Of a stretch of DNA of 64,000 nt, positions 1 to 11,737 are shown piece by piece. The notes under the pieces are model-generated. The model saw only the letters and a list, made by a program, of their open reading frames with translations. It did no database searches and had not been told where the DNA came from. Source of the DNA: Potamilus streckersoni. Taxonomy: Eukaryota. The stretch lies in contig JAEAOA010000822.1 in NCBI GenBank assembly GCA_016746295.1, positions 886,104 to 950,103 of the forward strand, given 5' to 3'. Every line of letters begins with the position of its first letter. Positions within the stretch are counted from its first letter, which is position 1. A program made the translations under genes and the position numbers.

Positions 1-465
1 ATGCACAGTAATAAAGTAGACTTATTCCAGTATGTATGACTGTGAATGCACAGCAATAAAGTAGACTGATCCCAGTATGTATGACTGTGAATGCACAGTA
101 ATAAAGTAGACTGATCCCAGTATGTATGACTGTGAATGCACATTAATAAAGTAGACTGATCCCAGTATGTATGACTGTGAATGCAAAGCAATAAAGTAGA
201 CTGATCCCAGTATGTAATACTGTGAATGCACAGTAATAAAGTAGACTGATCCCAGTATGTATGACTGTGAATGCACATTAATAAAGTAGACTGATCCCAG
301 GATGTATGACTGTGAATGCACATTAATAAAGTAGACTGATCCCAGTATGTATGACTGTGAATGCACAGTAATAAAGTAGACCAATCCCAGTATGCATGAC
401 TGTGAATGCACAGTAATAAAGTAGACTGATCCCAGTATGTATGAATGTGAATGATCAGCAATAAA
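1..465. repeat. 45-bp tandem satellite, about 10 units (consensus atgcacagtaataaagtagactgatcccagtatgtatgactgtga); the array runs off the window start
   Basis: Unit starts at 1, 46 and 91 give a 45-bp period. Units differ by a few point substitutions. ORF 22..411(-) has a 15-aa periodic translation, which marks it as an artefact. Confidence 0.9.
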
Positions 466-477
466 AACACAGGAACA

Positions 478-580
478 TCCATTACTTACAGTTGGAGATA
501 GCCCGTGTCCTTGAATAATGTCTAATTCAGGCTGGATTGGTGAAGATACTTTTCTTTCTTCCTGTGCTTGCTGAAATAAG
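478..580. repeat. Satellite-associated conserved non-satellite segment (paralog of 11372-11478)
   Basis: It contains agttggagatag...ggctggattggtgaagatacttttctttcttcctgtgcttg. By hand alignment it is about 75% identical to 11372-11478 over about 105 bp. Confidence 0.6.
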
Positions 581-2639
581 TTTGAAAACTGTTCTTTATA
601 TTTGTTATGTACAATTTTCTATTGATCACAGGTAGTGTCTTTTGGATACTTCTGCTCCAAAATAAGATTTTCCACTAACATAAGCCCTGTAAGAGTTCAA
701 GCTTCTTGAATTAATACTCTACTAACTATTATGCCAGATTTACTGTTCCATAATGCTGAATAAGGATTTTACATCCAATAATGAAAGAGTCTACTTGATA
801 AAAGAGGTATTTTGTCTTTATTTCTTACTTTCATGTTAAAATTCCTAATTGCTACACTGATCATAACCCTTATGCCATGGCAATATGGTTTTGTAGCACA
901 CAATCCCGCAGACCTAAATCATTTTGAGAAAAGAAAAAATATTGTACTTTACTTTTAAATTCTGTATTTTAATTCAGCTTGTCTTTCTGCATTTCTACAA
1001 GTAATTTTTAAATATCACTTTGTTATGAGTCTATGCTCTTAAAATAAATAACAGAAAATAGTGAAAGATGACAAGCTTTGTAAAATTTAACAAATATTTT
1101 TATTTTTTCAAAAATACAATGGTGAAAATAAGAAAAAAGAACTTTTGGTATTGCAAATTAAATTCCAAAATAATCCAAGAATTATAGACAAAAGTCCTAA
1201 TAATTTTAAGTTCTGAATAAAACTCTGCACAAATCCCAAAGAAATCCAAAACTGAAGATGATAGCATGTCTGTTATAGCTTACACCGTGTTGATGTGTCA
1301 AGATTCTTTTCTTGAATCACAGACATATAATTCCAATTTTGAATTTTGAATTCACTGCAAATTCCTGCTAATGTCTTCATCCAAGAATTTTATCAGAGTA
1401 CTTTTGCATTTCCAGAGAAACTAATCACTTGAATTCAATAATTTGAAGGAATAATATTCAGCCCAACTGGTCACAACATAATACAACTAGAACGTGCTAG
1501 ATGTCAAAGTATGAATGATCAAGTCCTCACATTCACAAGATTATATAGTTCTCAACTTGACCTCAGGTCACAATTAGCATTTTCTAAACAAAACAATACC
1601 AAATGGAAAATAAAATTTCACAATGATCCTGATGTTTACAAAACAGTAACTTGGAATATGTATAATTCTATGTGGAAACTCCAAAAATTTGAATTAAACA
1701 AACATATTTACATCCTGATATGAAGCCCATACACAGAGATTTAGCTATATATTAGTTGTTTACAATGAATACAATTTTTAAAAAGTCAATTGGGTCAAGC
1801 AAAATGAACTCAATTTTGGACAAGGGCAAGTCCAGCATACATAATGCTACATTACAATAGTATGTCATGAAATTAAAAAAGATTTTTAAACTAACAAACA
1901 AATAATTAAATTAAATATACTTAACAGCTGAAATTAGAGGCTGACTGGCATGCCATTCGATTTTGTACATCCAGCATGTATATCAAACATGTATTTAACA
2001 TCATTTTAGGATTCAAAATCACTCACTGTTGCCTCCATTTAACACTTTCCCAGCTCCATAATCTATGTCGTAACTATAAAAATAAATTTCCTTCATCAAT
2101 ATGATACGCCAATATTTGTCAAACAAAATAATTTTCAAAGGATGAACCATGCTGGGAATCAGCCATTTTGGATCTTCCAAATTGCCTGTATTAAAAACAT
2201 CCTTGTTGCGAGGTTAAAACTAACAAATATTTATATCAATCCAAAGAAACCAGATTTGTAAACATATACGAAAAATACACATTGTGACAAGCACTACAAC
2301 ATTTCCATCAGCTTATGTCATGACACACACCTTATACAACTGTATACTGTATACTGCAAAGAGTACATTTTCATATGCGCGACTTGAAACTAACAACTAA
2401 CTTGTGGGAGTTTTTTTGTCCTTCCAAATGCAAAATTTTGCACAAATTTTGCATGAATCACACAACTGCAGATGCTTAAAGTCCACATTGCTGTAAGATA
2501 CACTCATACCCAGATCTATAAAAAGAACTCCTCCACGTGATCTTTGACCTCCTCATCATGTTAAATTCCTTCATATTAAATAAATATACAACTGCATGTC
2601 TTACCTTTTTTCTTCTTTTTTTCTCTTTATCAACATCAA

Positions 2640-2880
2640 ACATTCCTTTATCAGCTGATCTTCCTCCATGGCTCTTTAATTGCAACATTAAAAATAGAAA
2701 GCACAGAATTCTAAATGCATGTACAGAAGTGACCACTTCTCAAGGATAATGTAACAGATGGCTTCAACACCTTACAACCATGCTGCTTTTATAAGTTCAA
2801 TTACAAATGGCAAGAAATTATTTCTCTTTGTTCATGAAAATGCATCAATTAAGTTATTAAATACTGTTAGAAGTTACTGT
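2640..2880. repeat. Dispersed repeat family copy 1 (core agaaagcacagaattctaaatgcatgtac; other copies at 6180-6320 and 14085-14340)
   Basis: The 28-30-bp core is near-identical at 2696, 6184 and 14090. Flanking motifs are shared (tttatcagct..atc, aatgcatcaattaagktatta). ORFs 2476..2736(-) and 14078..14293(-) share the peptide VHAFRIL(C/Y)FLFL, which is the reverse-complement translation of the core. Confidence 0.55.
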
Positions 2881-5800
2881 AGTATCATTTTATTTTTGTG
2901 GGTCTCAATTTTCATGGTTTTGCACACAAAAATGACATTGTCATGAATGCTTAAATTTGGGGTTTTGCATGTCAAAGTTTGCAATTAAGTAGGTGTTTCA
3001 CTTGTGAATTAAGCTCTGCAATAAAGAATTAAAAATATCCAACCTATGTTGACAACCAACAGCAGTTGTTTCAAAGATTAAAAAAATTCTACTACCTGTA
3101 CAAGCACAAAGCAAACACCTGTCAAGATCAGTCTAGATCAATGGGTGCAAACAAAGCCAACAACACTAAACCAATTGGCAATCAAAGTTCATGATCTCTT
3201 CTGTAAATTAGTGTAATTAAATTTGCACCAACAGTTACTTTCTGAAAACATCAGTGCAAACACAGTGGTTTAGTAGTGACAAAAATCCACTTACAGATTC
3301 CCATTGGTTGGACAATGTCATCATTCGACATGTATATGGAACATGTAACCAGAGCCCATCAAAATGTGAAATTGCTAAGTAGATTAAAAACAATGGAATC
3401 ATTCATTTCTTTGAGCCTGCCTCATGTACAAACCAACTTCAACAACTAAAGTCTTAAAACTTCATTAATCAAACCGATTCATGCTGAATGGACAAAGGTG
3501 GCTTGCATGACAATGTGTGAAAGATCAAACCTAATTATGAGTGGCTTAGAAAGTGCTGTACATGTTTAATTCAGGATTGATTATCTCAAAAGCATTTATG
3601 TATGCCTACATATCTGACCTGATGTTGACTCATTGGTTTTGTCTGAAAATTAGTGAAATGTGAGTTCCAGCACTCTGCTGTAACTAGTGTAATTAATGTA
3701 TATAGTACTTCATTAGTAATTGTGCTCAGTGCAATAGTTCTTGCATTTTACTGACATGTTCATTGTGATTAAGCATGCATGCATTAAATGAAACATGCTT
3801 TCATAAAGATTGAATTTTTCAGATAGCAGTTTAAATTTTAATAAGTATTTAATCTAATTTTAATATATTAGTGTCAGTTATTTATTTATTATTTATTTAT
3901 TCCTCCTTTCAGTTTCAGTAATACCAATGGTTAAATATCTTGTGCTTTTCCTCATTTCTCTCTATCAATCCTTATGTCACAACATAGTGATTTAAGTCTA
4001 TCAGTGGAAATTACAGCTACTGGATATGGTATAGATATGCATGTATTGAAACAATAAAACTGCATCATAATTACTTTTTAAAGGCTTTACAAAAAAACAT
4101 GCAAAAGCTAATATTTTATTATCAAATTTCAAAAATGACACTGATTTATTAAATAACTCTTTACTCTGTGAGCCAAACACAATAAGAAAAACTTGGTAGT
4201 GACTTCTTTACCATATGTGGCTAATTATTTTTTTGTCTTTACATTTTTGAGTCAGGCTAACAACAAAATCAACAAAAATTGGAATCGTAAAAAATTAGTT
4301 AAGCATGGTGATATGAATCTAGATCTTAAAAAATGAAAAAAGTTAAACCAACATTGTATCAAAAAAAATTGTATCAAAAAAACATTGTATCAAAAAATAT
4401 GACAATTTATTTCCCTACAATAAAATTGAGAGTTAAAAGGATAATTAGATTATTGTAAAATAATTCCTAAATAATCCTAAATGTTCTATCACAATGTCCA
4501 AGAAGAAAGAATGTTCTAATTAATTCCAGTAGTCTTGAATATCTTGATGTATCACAATGATGAAATCCATAATGTCTCACAATGAATTCTAAATAATCCT
4601 AAATTAGCATTTGTTCTCTTAACACAATTAAAACTGATTTCAGAAACTGTCAGATTATAAACCAAGAATGAACAATTGTTTACCAAACATCCTTATATAC
4701 CAACTTCACTTGAACTGCAGCATATTAGTTCACTGAAAGGTCTCATTTTCCTTTGGAATTTCAAAGAAACTGTAAACAAGTTTGCTTCCAGAACCTTCTA
4801 AGCTTATAAGCAATGTTAGCACTTTAACTCACACATTACCAAACATCTTGTTTGTAACTACAAACTGTACTAGAGTCTGGCAGTAAAGCTTCTGCCACAA
4901 CCCTCAATTACAGAAAAAATGTAAGCGCACAGTATAAACTAAATATATATAAAAGTTTATTAATTCATACCTATTATGTTCCCTGATGTTTATTTAGCTC
5001 TTACATCTCTCAGCTTTAGTGTACAACAAAATTTAAGAAAATCCTACTATTTTTGTGCTTCAAACTTTTTTCTAAACACTGGCAAAAGTGATGAAAATTT
5101 CAAACATGTTGGATTATTAGCTGCCACTGAATTTTCTGTTAAAAAAAAGAAAGTGGTCCTGGTGTTGTTTTCCACAACAGACATTTATTTCATTGCATGT
5201 CAGTATATGTACTTGTAGATACCAGCCTAAGAAGCAAATGTTTTTGGTACTATTACATCCCTAATGTACACAAGTCTTCCATTTTTATGGCATGACTGTC
5301 ATGTATCATCAAATTAGGTTAACCAAGTCATGCATGCTTCTATATTCAATTATATATAAAATACACCTAATGATGTCATGAAAGATGTAGAAAAAACCAT
5401 AATGTCTAAGCAATGCATATGCCTTGGCATGCAAAAGAAATCATTTAACAACTTTAAAAACTAGCAAACTATGCTTAGATTTATCATAGGATTAAACAAA
5501 TAATAATATTTGAATACTTCAGATTTTAAACCAAACAATGAACGATTATAAAGATAAGCTCATTGTTTGTCCAAAGTCAACTTTTTACAATCAACATTAG
5601 CAGTCTGCCTAAAATATTTAAAAGCATATGATTTTATTCATGGCACCCAACCGGCACTGGCCTTAATTATATATCCCATAATGCAGTGGAGCAGAGTATA
5701 TACTGTTTGTTTAAAGTTACAAACAGAACAGATAAGAACCAATCTACTAGTGATTTATGACATGTAGATGAGGGTCGATGCTCTACATATCCTGCAGCAT

Positions 5801-6179
5801 CACATCTGCTAAACATGTATTTGTTTTACATTATATCTATGCTACATTTAAAAAATGTATAATATTCCTTTATTTGAATTTCAGAAATGATCCTGATGCT
5901 TGTTATCAATGGAAAGAAAATATATCTTTTTATTTATTTTAGTTATAGATAGTGATAATGATAACGATAACATTATATATGTAATGGATTATCACAAACA
6001 TCAGAAAATTTGCATGAATAGCTGATATTTTCCATGTGCTGCATCATGCAAATATGTAAGCTGGTAATTTTTTAAAACCATTCATATTATATATACGTAC
6101 AAAATAAAATGGTCTTGCCTTTTCTTCAATCTCATCAGCTGATTTTCTACTTCTCAATGAAGTGCTACAGGACTACAGC

Positions 6180-6320
6180 CATGAAAAGAGAAAGCATAGA
6201 ATTCTAAATGCATGAATTGTAACAAACATATACCAAATGTAATATCTTAACCGGCAAAGTTGAAGAAAATGCACCAATCAAGTTATAAAATAGTGTCTGG
6301 AGCTAATAATTAACTGTTGT
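6180..6320. repeat. Dispersed repeat family copy 2
   Basis: It contains gagaaagcatagaattctaaatgcatgaattgtaacaa, then aatgcaccaatcaagttataaaatag, then gctaataattaactg. These match copies at 2696 and 14090. Confidence 0.5.
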
Positions 6321-7057
6321 ATTATTTGATAAAGACAGGAATTGCACTCATAGTTGAAAAGATGCACAGAGCAGACAGTAAGATTCATAACTACTGTCAT
6401 ATCTGTAGATTAATTCATACTGATTATACACCCGAGTTTAATTTAGCTTTTACAATGATGAAACTAAGTGTTTACAAAAACTTAGAAAAATCTACAATTA
6501 TTAGATTCTAACTTTATTACAGAATACTATTGGCTGTGGATTCTTAGGTCAAAATGATTTTTAAAAAAAACATATGGCCCTCATGTTTCTTGCACAGAAT
6601 GACTTTTCTTTACATGGTCAACCATCCTATATACCAGCTTAACAGGCTAACTTTTTTATACTAACACATTCTATATGTACATAATTTCCATTTTTATGAC
6701 AGGATACCACTGTACTAAGCATGTAGGTTCATAAAATAAAAAATACTTTTGATACTAAATCACATTAAGGCATCTTATGATTTTGCAAATAATGTCATGA
6801 ATTCCTTCCAATGCTTTCCAAGGTATCCAATTCCTTGGCAAGTGAAGCAATTAAGTTATTAAAATTTAATTTAAGCTGCAAACAAAAAAATATGTTTGAC
6901 ATGACAACACAAAAATTATTTTTTTCATGCAGGATTCTATACTTATACAGCTCATTCACAAACCAAGTCAAATTCTTTTTCTGTTGCTTTTAACAGCATT
7001 TTTAACACACAATTGGCTATATCAATGGGAGCTGAGTGCCTTTTCATGGAAACACTG

Positions 7058-7463
7058 AAGCTGTCAACCCTGCCTGGCCTTGGCAGGCACTGAACCCCTG
7101 ACACTTGGATTTATGAGTCTGATACAAAGGATATAGGAGCCAGGTGAGCTGCCCTGGGCAGGCACTGAACCCACAACCCTTTGATTTACAAGTCCGATGC
7201 CCAGGAAATGGGAGCCATGTGGGCTGGCCTAAGCATGCGATAAACCCTTGCCACTTGATGCCCTGGAAATGGGACTCAATTGTCTTTCCTAATGGCCAAC
7301 AAAGGCTGGCCTGGAGAGACACTGAACCCCCATCAGGGTCATTTGAATTTATTAATCCAATGCCAAGAAAATGGATGCTAAATCAATTAGAACTGGCCTG
7401 GACAGGAAATGACCCCATGACCCCTGGATTTATGTTCTACCAATTGAGCTACCACAGCCTCCT
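7058..7463 (-). repeat. tRNA-related tandem array: tRNA 5'-half-like head (ggaggctgtggtagctcaattggtagaac on the minus strand) followed by about 5 degenerate 65-90-bp units resembling tRNA 3' halves
   Basis: Read on the minus strand there is an A-box-like GTAGCTCAATTGGTAGA at 7430-7450. The repeated motif is GGCATCGGACTTGTAAATC..GGGGTTCAGTGCCTGCCCAGGCCAG. ORFs 7044..7322(-) and 7144..7524(+) are open on both strands only because the region is G/C-skewed and repetitive. Confidence 0.5.
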
Positions 7464-7654
7464 CCATATCATCTTTACCAAAGACAACATTATCAGTTTG
7501 AAACTTGCCAATTATCAATGGTGAACTGTGTTCTTGTCAGAGTTAACTGTTGCAGTTAATATCAGCTGCCAATGAATATCCCAAGTATTCCATATATATT
7601 CGCAACAGCCAACTGTCAACTGTGCAAACTGTATAGACGCCATTATTTTGTCAC

Positions 7655-7765
7655 ATGGTTGGCATCCTTCCGTCTTCGAGAGACGATGGTGCAGTTCCCC
7701 GTTTTGGTGCCTTATCTCCACCGTTGTGAGTGGCTGATGAGTCCGACCCTTGCGTGACAATCTTT
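7655..7765. other. Short GC/CpG-rich island in AT-rich context, flanked by imperfect roughly 45-bp direct repeats (7600-7645 and 7795-7845); function unknown
   Basis: The island is ggttggcatccttccgtcttcgagagacgatggtgcagttccccgttttggtgccttatctccaccgttgtgagtggctgatgagtccgacccttgcgtgac. It has about 8 CpG in 110 bp, whereas CpG is rare in the surrounding DNA. Both strands are ORF-open across about 300 bp. Confidence 0.4.
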
Positions 7766-9447
7766 TGTCACATAATGCATAAAAAAGTATAACACCCAGC
7801 TGCAAAATGTGCAAGCTGCATAGACCTCATTCCTATATCACATAACACACCAAATAAATAGTATCTATGATGTTTATTTGAAGTTAAAATAGGTTTCTTT
7901 TTTACTTCTGTGATATCATTTTTGAAAATTATTGTTTCATGATACAAAAATTAATTTGTGACTAATGATGGTAAGATTAAAGTTTAAGTAGATAAGTCTA
8001 AAAGTGTATTCAGGTTTTGTAAAAGCCTTGTTCATAACGATAACATTACATGTAATTGTTTGCTTATGTCTCCATACTGTATCTTGTGGATATGCAAGCT
8101 GGTATATTTTGCAATAATACAGTGAAACCCCACTATAACATGCTTTCTTATAACATGAATTTGGATAAAGCCTGGGTGCAGTATGGCTCAAGAAATTGTT
8201 GAATAATTTCACCAATGTCTTGAAGTACTGGAAAATACTGTAATATCATGTAACATCAATACTCACCTAGGTATGCACAAAAGACTCATTTGTAAGAATT
8301 TGACTGCTCCATCACTTTACTATTCAATATTGTTGATGGCAGAAAGACATATTAATAATCCAAATAAACTTTACAATTTATTATAATAAAACAGCAATAT
8401 TCTTTTAAAATAAAAAAGAACATACACATATGCACTTGGAGTGGGATAATTTATACTACATCCAATTTCATAACAATAAAGCTTTAGTAAAAATTTCCTA
8501 ACAAAGTTGCATACTAACAAAATACAGTGGAACCCACTTATTTTGAGGTCAGTTACCTCCCAACCCTATTAAGTCGATGGTTTTGAAGTGGAACCCACAA
8601 ATTCTCTCTTTGTCTTAACATTTTCTCATTGGTTATGTTGATTCTTTTATGCATTGTTACATCATAATCTGCTTATGCTGATCTAGGACAGAGTACTGTA
8701 TGTTTTGACAGTCAATTATGCTACCGTACTATACCTACAACTGACCAACTTCTGAAGACTCCAATAGAACAGATAAAATTAATGGAATGGCTAATCCTTC
8801 TGTGTGTTGGTTGTTACAGACACTTAAACTCAGAAAGAAGAAATAGCAAACAACAAATAAATAACTATTGCATAATTAAAAATAATTATTTATTCCTCAA
8901 AATACAGGAGTGAAAGAATCCTTATATTGGGTGTTAACTAGAGTAATATATACCGTCCAATATTGCCAGGTGTTGACACATGTAAGTTTCATTGTGGGAA
9001 TGGAGATACTATTTTGCAAGAATAGGTCTCTCCATTTTTTTAATTTACATGTACTTCTTGCGACCTGGTTACCTTTATGCTAGCATAGGACTAGCCAATA
9101 AAATGATCCTATTTGGTTAACTGCACATGTGCAGCATTCACGTAGCATGTCGAAATTGTCATTCACTCCAATGACAGTTCACTCACACTTGTTGAGCTTG
9201 TCAGAAGGATAACATGTTGTAGCTTCTTCTGTTTACAATATTTTTCAGAGCTGTCAGAGCAAAATGACTCGCGAATTTCATTTTGAGCTTTCTGCAAAAA
9301 CGAACTACACCCTGCACGTTTTTTTTTTTTGTGATTTTGTAAGTGATCTTTGCGTTTGCAATGTTGGAGAATATAATAATGGTTTGCATCGAGAATCGAT
9401 GGTGGTTTGTATCGTATACTGGTAAATCTCGTCTGTTTGTGCACATA

Positions 9448-10982
9448 CAGTAGTCCCCCTCTTATATGGCCACCCCTTCTGCACCGGGAAAGTGGCCTTA
9501 TAAGGCGGGTGGCCTTTCCAGAGGGGGACTAAATTTTTTTTGAGAAGTATATGTACATAGTAAGAAAGCTTCATTTTTCAAAGCATTTAATATCTTTGTT
9601 TAAAAGCAACATTAAATATTGAACGGTTCTTGTGCTATAATAGTTTACTTATTTCAACTGAATATGCATTAATAGTTCTTATTCTTGACGTAAGCGTGAT
9701 ATGCGAACGGGATTTGTCATGCACATTGCAGAACCATTCAAAAACGTCATTTGAATCTTGGTACATACGCAATTCTCTTTCCATTTGCTCCATTTTCCCA
9801 CTGCTGCTAAATAACTTATCAGTTACAATGTTATTTTTTCGAGTCTTTTCAACATAAAGTTGTTTTATTCGAGTCTTTTCTACCTAAATTTGTTTGACCA
9901 GTTCTCCTCCCCACCTCACCGGATATTGTAGACTATAATAACCGACGTTTTCTGAAATAATCATCTTCGTTTACGTGATGACATGTTAATGTTTGGTAAT
10001 GAGTTATTCCGATGTTGCTAACTATATGCGATTTAATTATGCAGACGAAACATTTGTTGAGCAGATGAAATTCTTTCTTCGTAAAGAAGCGACAAGTTGT
10101 GTTGTCACATGATTTTTCGGTCTTTGTCTAGTACTCTGTTTCTCTTTTTAGCCAATGCAGACTGTGTGATCTTGACATTACGTCCACTTATAGTCATCAA
10201 TGTGGCAACTACAAGACTGATAAAACAATTTTTTTTTTTTTCTGCATTTAAACAAGATGCCGTATATTTTTAAAGGCAGCGATTGTCATGTGATTCATTA
10301 GTCGCAGTCTGGTACCCTATTGTTTTTAATTTGTTTTTTACTTTTTAAGTGTGAAAAGCGGTTTGGATATGTACGCCGATTTGATCTGAACAATAGCACA
10401 TGGCGGCCATTAAACTTTACAATTGTTGAGTAATAGCCATGAATTATATAAGTTCAACATCTTGCAAAGGGAAGCCATAAAGGCTATCAAACCATTTTCC
10501 GCGCAGACTTTGTCTTGTACATCAATGTTGCCACTTCTCCGATGTTACTACTATTAATAAGTGTAATTTTAACAATTATCAGCGGATAAACCAAACATCT
10601 TATGATAACACGCAGTAAGGATATACGGATTACCTTTAGGTAAGGAATAAAATTTGAGTCTTTCTCAGCTTTACAGAATAAATGTGGCTTCTCGAGAAGT
10701 GTAAAGGATATAAAATTAACCTTAGTGGTACACGTAGAACACTTTTTTGAAGAACAAAAACCTGACTTCAGGAAACAAATATGATTACTTAACACAATTA
10801 GGGAAAAAAAATTGTTCTAGATACAAAATTTTATGTTTTTGCAAAAATATGCTGGTCGCGTTAGCTGGGTGGCCTTTCGTGAGGGGTAATTTTGAACACA
10901 AATTCATCTGTGCTATCAGATTCTGGTCATAAGAAGCGGGTGGCCGCTGGTGAGGGGGGGCCGTTCAAGAGGGGGACTACTG
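9448..10982. mobile_element. Non-autonomous TIR DNA transposon (Tc1/mariner-like), 1535 bp, TA target-site duplication
   Basis: The left end cagtagtccccctctt at 9448-9463 is a perfect reverse complement of aagagggggactactg at 10967-10982. TA lies immediately outside both ends (9446-9447 and 10983-10984). Subterminal ggtggcc repeats are present. The left end forms an approximately 90-bp hairpin (9448-9536). There is no transposase-sized ORF inside. Confidence 0.6.
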
Positions 10983-11371
10983 TATGCATTTTGTTGTTAA
11001 CAAATATGTGTGTATATTCTTATGGCATTCAGATCGCTTCATCAAACAAATCGTGGCAAAGCTGTTGTGTAAAACAAATATCCAAAAATACATGCATGTA
11101 CATTCTCATTTATTAACACACATCATGTACGTAACGAAATTTCAAGCACATGTTATTATATTGACGCCATATTGGTTTTCGTTTATCTCGATCATCGGTT
11201 ATCTCGATACTTTTTGGCAAACCCCTAGGCCAGCGACATAAGTGGGTTTGACTGTAGTAAACACTGAGCTCTAACAGCCATTAACATGAAATTGAAACCT
11301 TATAAAAATTTTGTTTGAGCGAAAGACTATGAAATGCTGACGTCAAAAATAATCTGCAACATTAAGCACAG

Positions 11372-11478
11372 GAATCACTTGAAGTTGGAGATAGTGAACA
11401 TACCTGTATCTGGTTTGATTTAAATTCAAACAGGACTGGTGAAGATGCTTTTTTTTCTTCCTGTGCTTGTTCCTAATC
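11372..11478. repeat. Satellite-associated conserved segment (paralog of 478-580), located about 260 bp upstream of the second 45-bp satellite array
   Basis: It contains agttggagatagtgaacatacctg...caggactggtgaagatgcttttttttcttcctgtgcttg. Confidence 0.6.
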
Positions 11479-11737
11479 ATAGATACAAAATAATATAATT
11501 TTAACAAACAAGAATACAATGAATTAGCATTTAGTGCCATATGTACTCAATTAAAGTCAAGTCGAACCACAAAGATCCAAATCTGCCACAGCATAATGCT
11601 TCTGCAGGGTCTACATTGTTTATTCTACAGAAACATATCTGCTGGAATATTATGTGACAGCAGATCAAGATCTGTGCAGTTCATCATGACAGATGAGAGA
11701 AAGAGATTACATGAGTAATGAAAGGAAGGAAATAGAA

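Noticed and set aside
22-411. Long six-frame ORFs inside tandem arrays (22..411, 11707..12006, 22405..23215, 25475..25999, 28293..28822, 40560..40857, 44200..44409, 48015..48350, 51803..53123 and others)
   Set aside because: Their translations are exactly periodic with the DNA repeat unit, for example YRPEWLHA x n, MLTDLNGY x n, and poly-I/V/T/Y from microsatellites. They are repeat artefacts, not genes.
7700-7760. Hammerhead ribozyme suggested by CTGATGAGTCCG
   Set aside because: No GAAAC follows a plausible helix II (the sequence reads ..gtgacAATC). I could not build helices I and III or an appropriate GUC/UH cleavage context on either strand. Only an Rfam scan could revive this.
9448-10982. 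Autonomous transposon encoding a transposase
   Set aside because: The largest internal ORFs (75-102 aa) are low-complexity and lack DDE/D motifs, so the element is non-autonomous.
9448-10982. Alternative reading of the TIR pair as two independent insertions of a roughly 90-bp palindromic MITE (at 9448-9536 and 10862-10982)
   Set aside because: It is possible, but the 10862-10982 copy lacks a left terminus. The outermost ends form a perfect 16-bp inverted pair with a TA duplication, and a single 1.5-kb element explains that pattern more simply. I keep this as an alternative.
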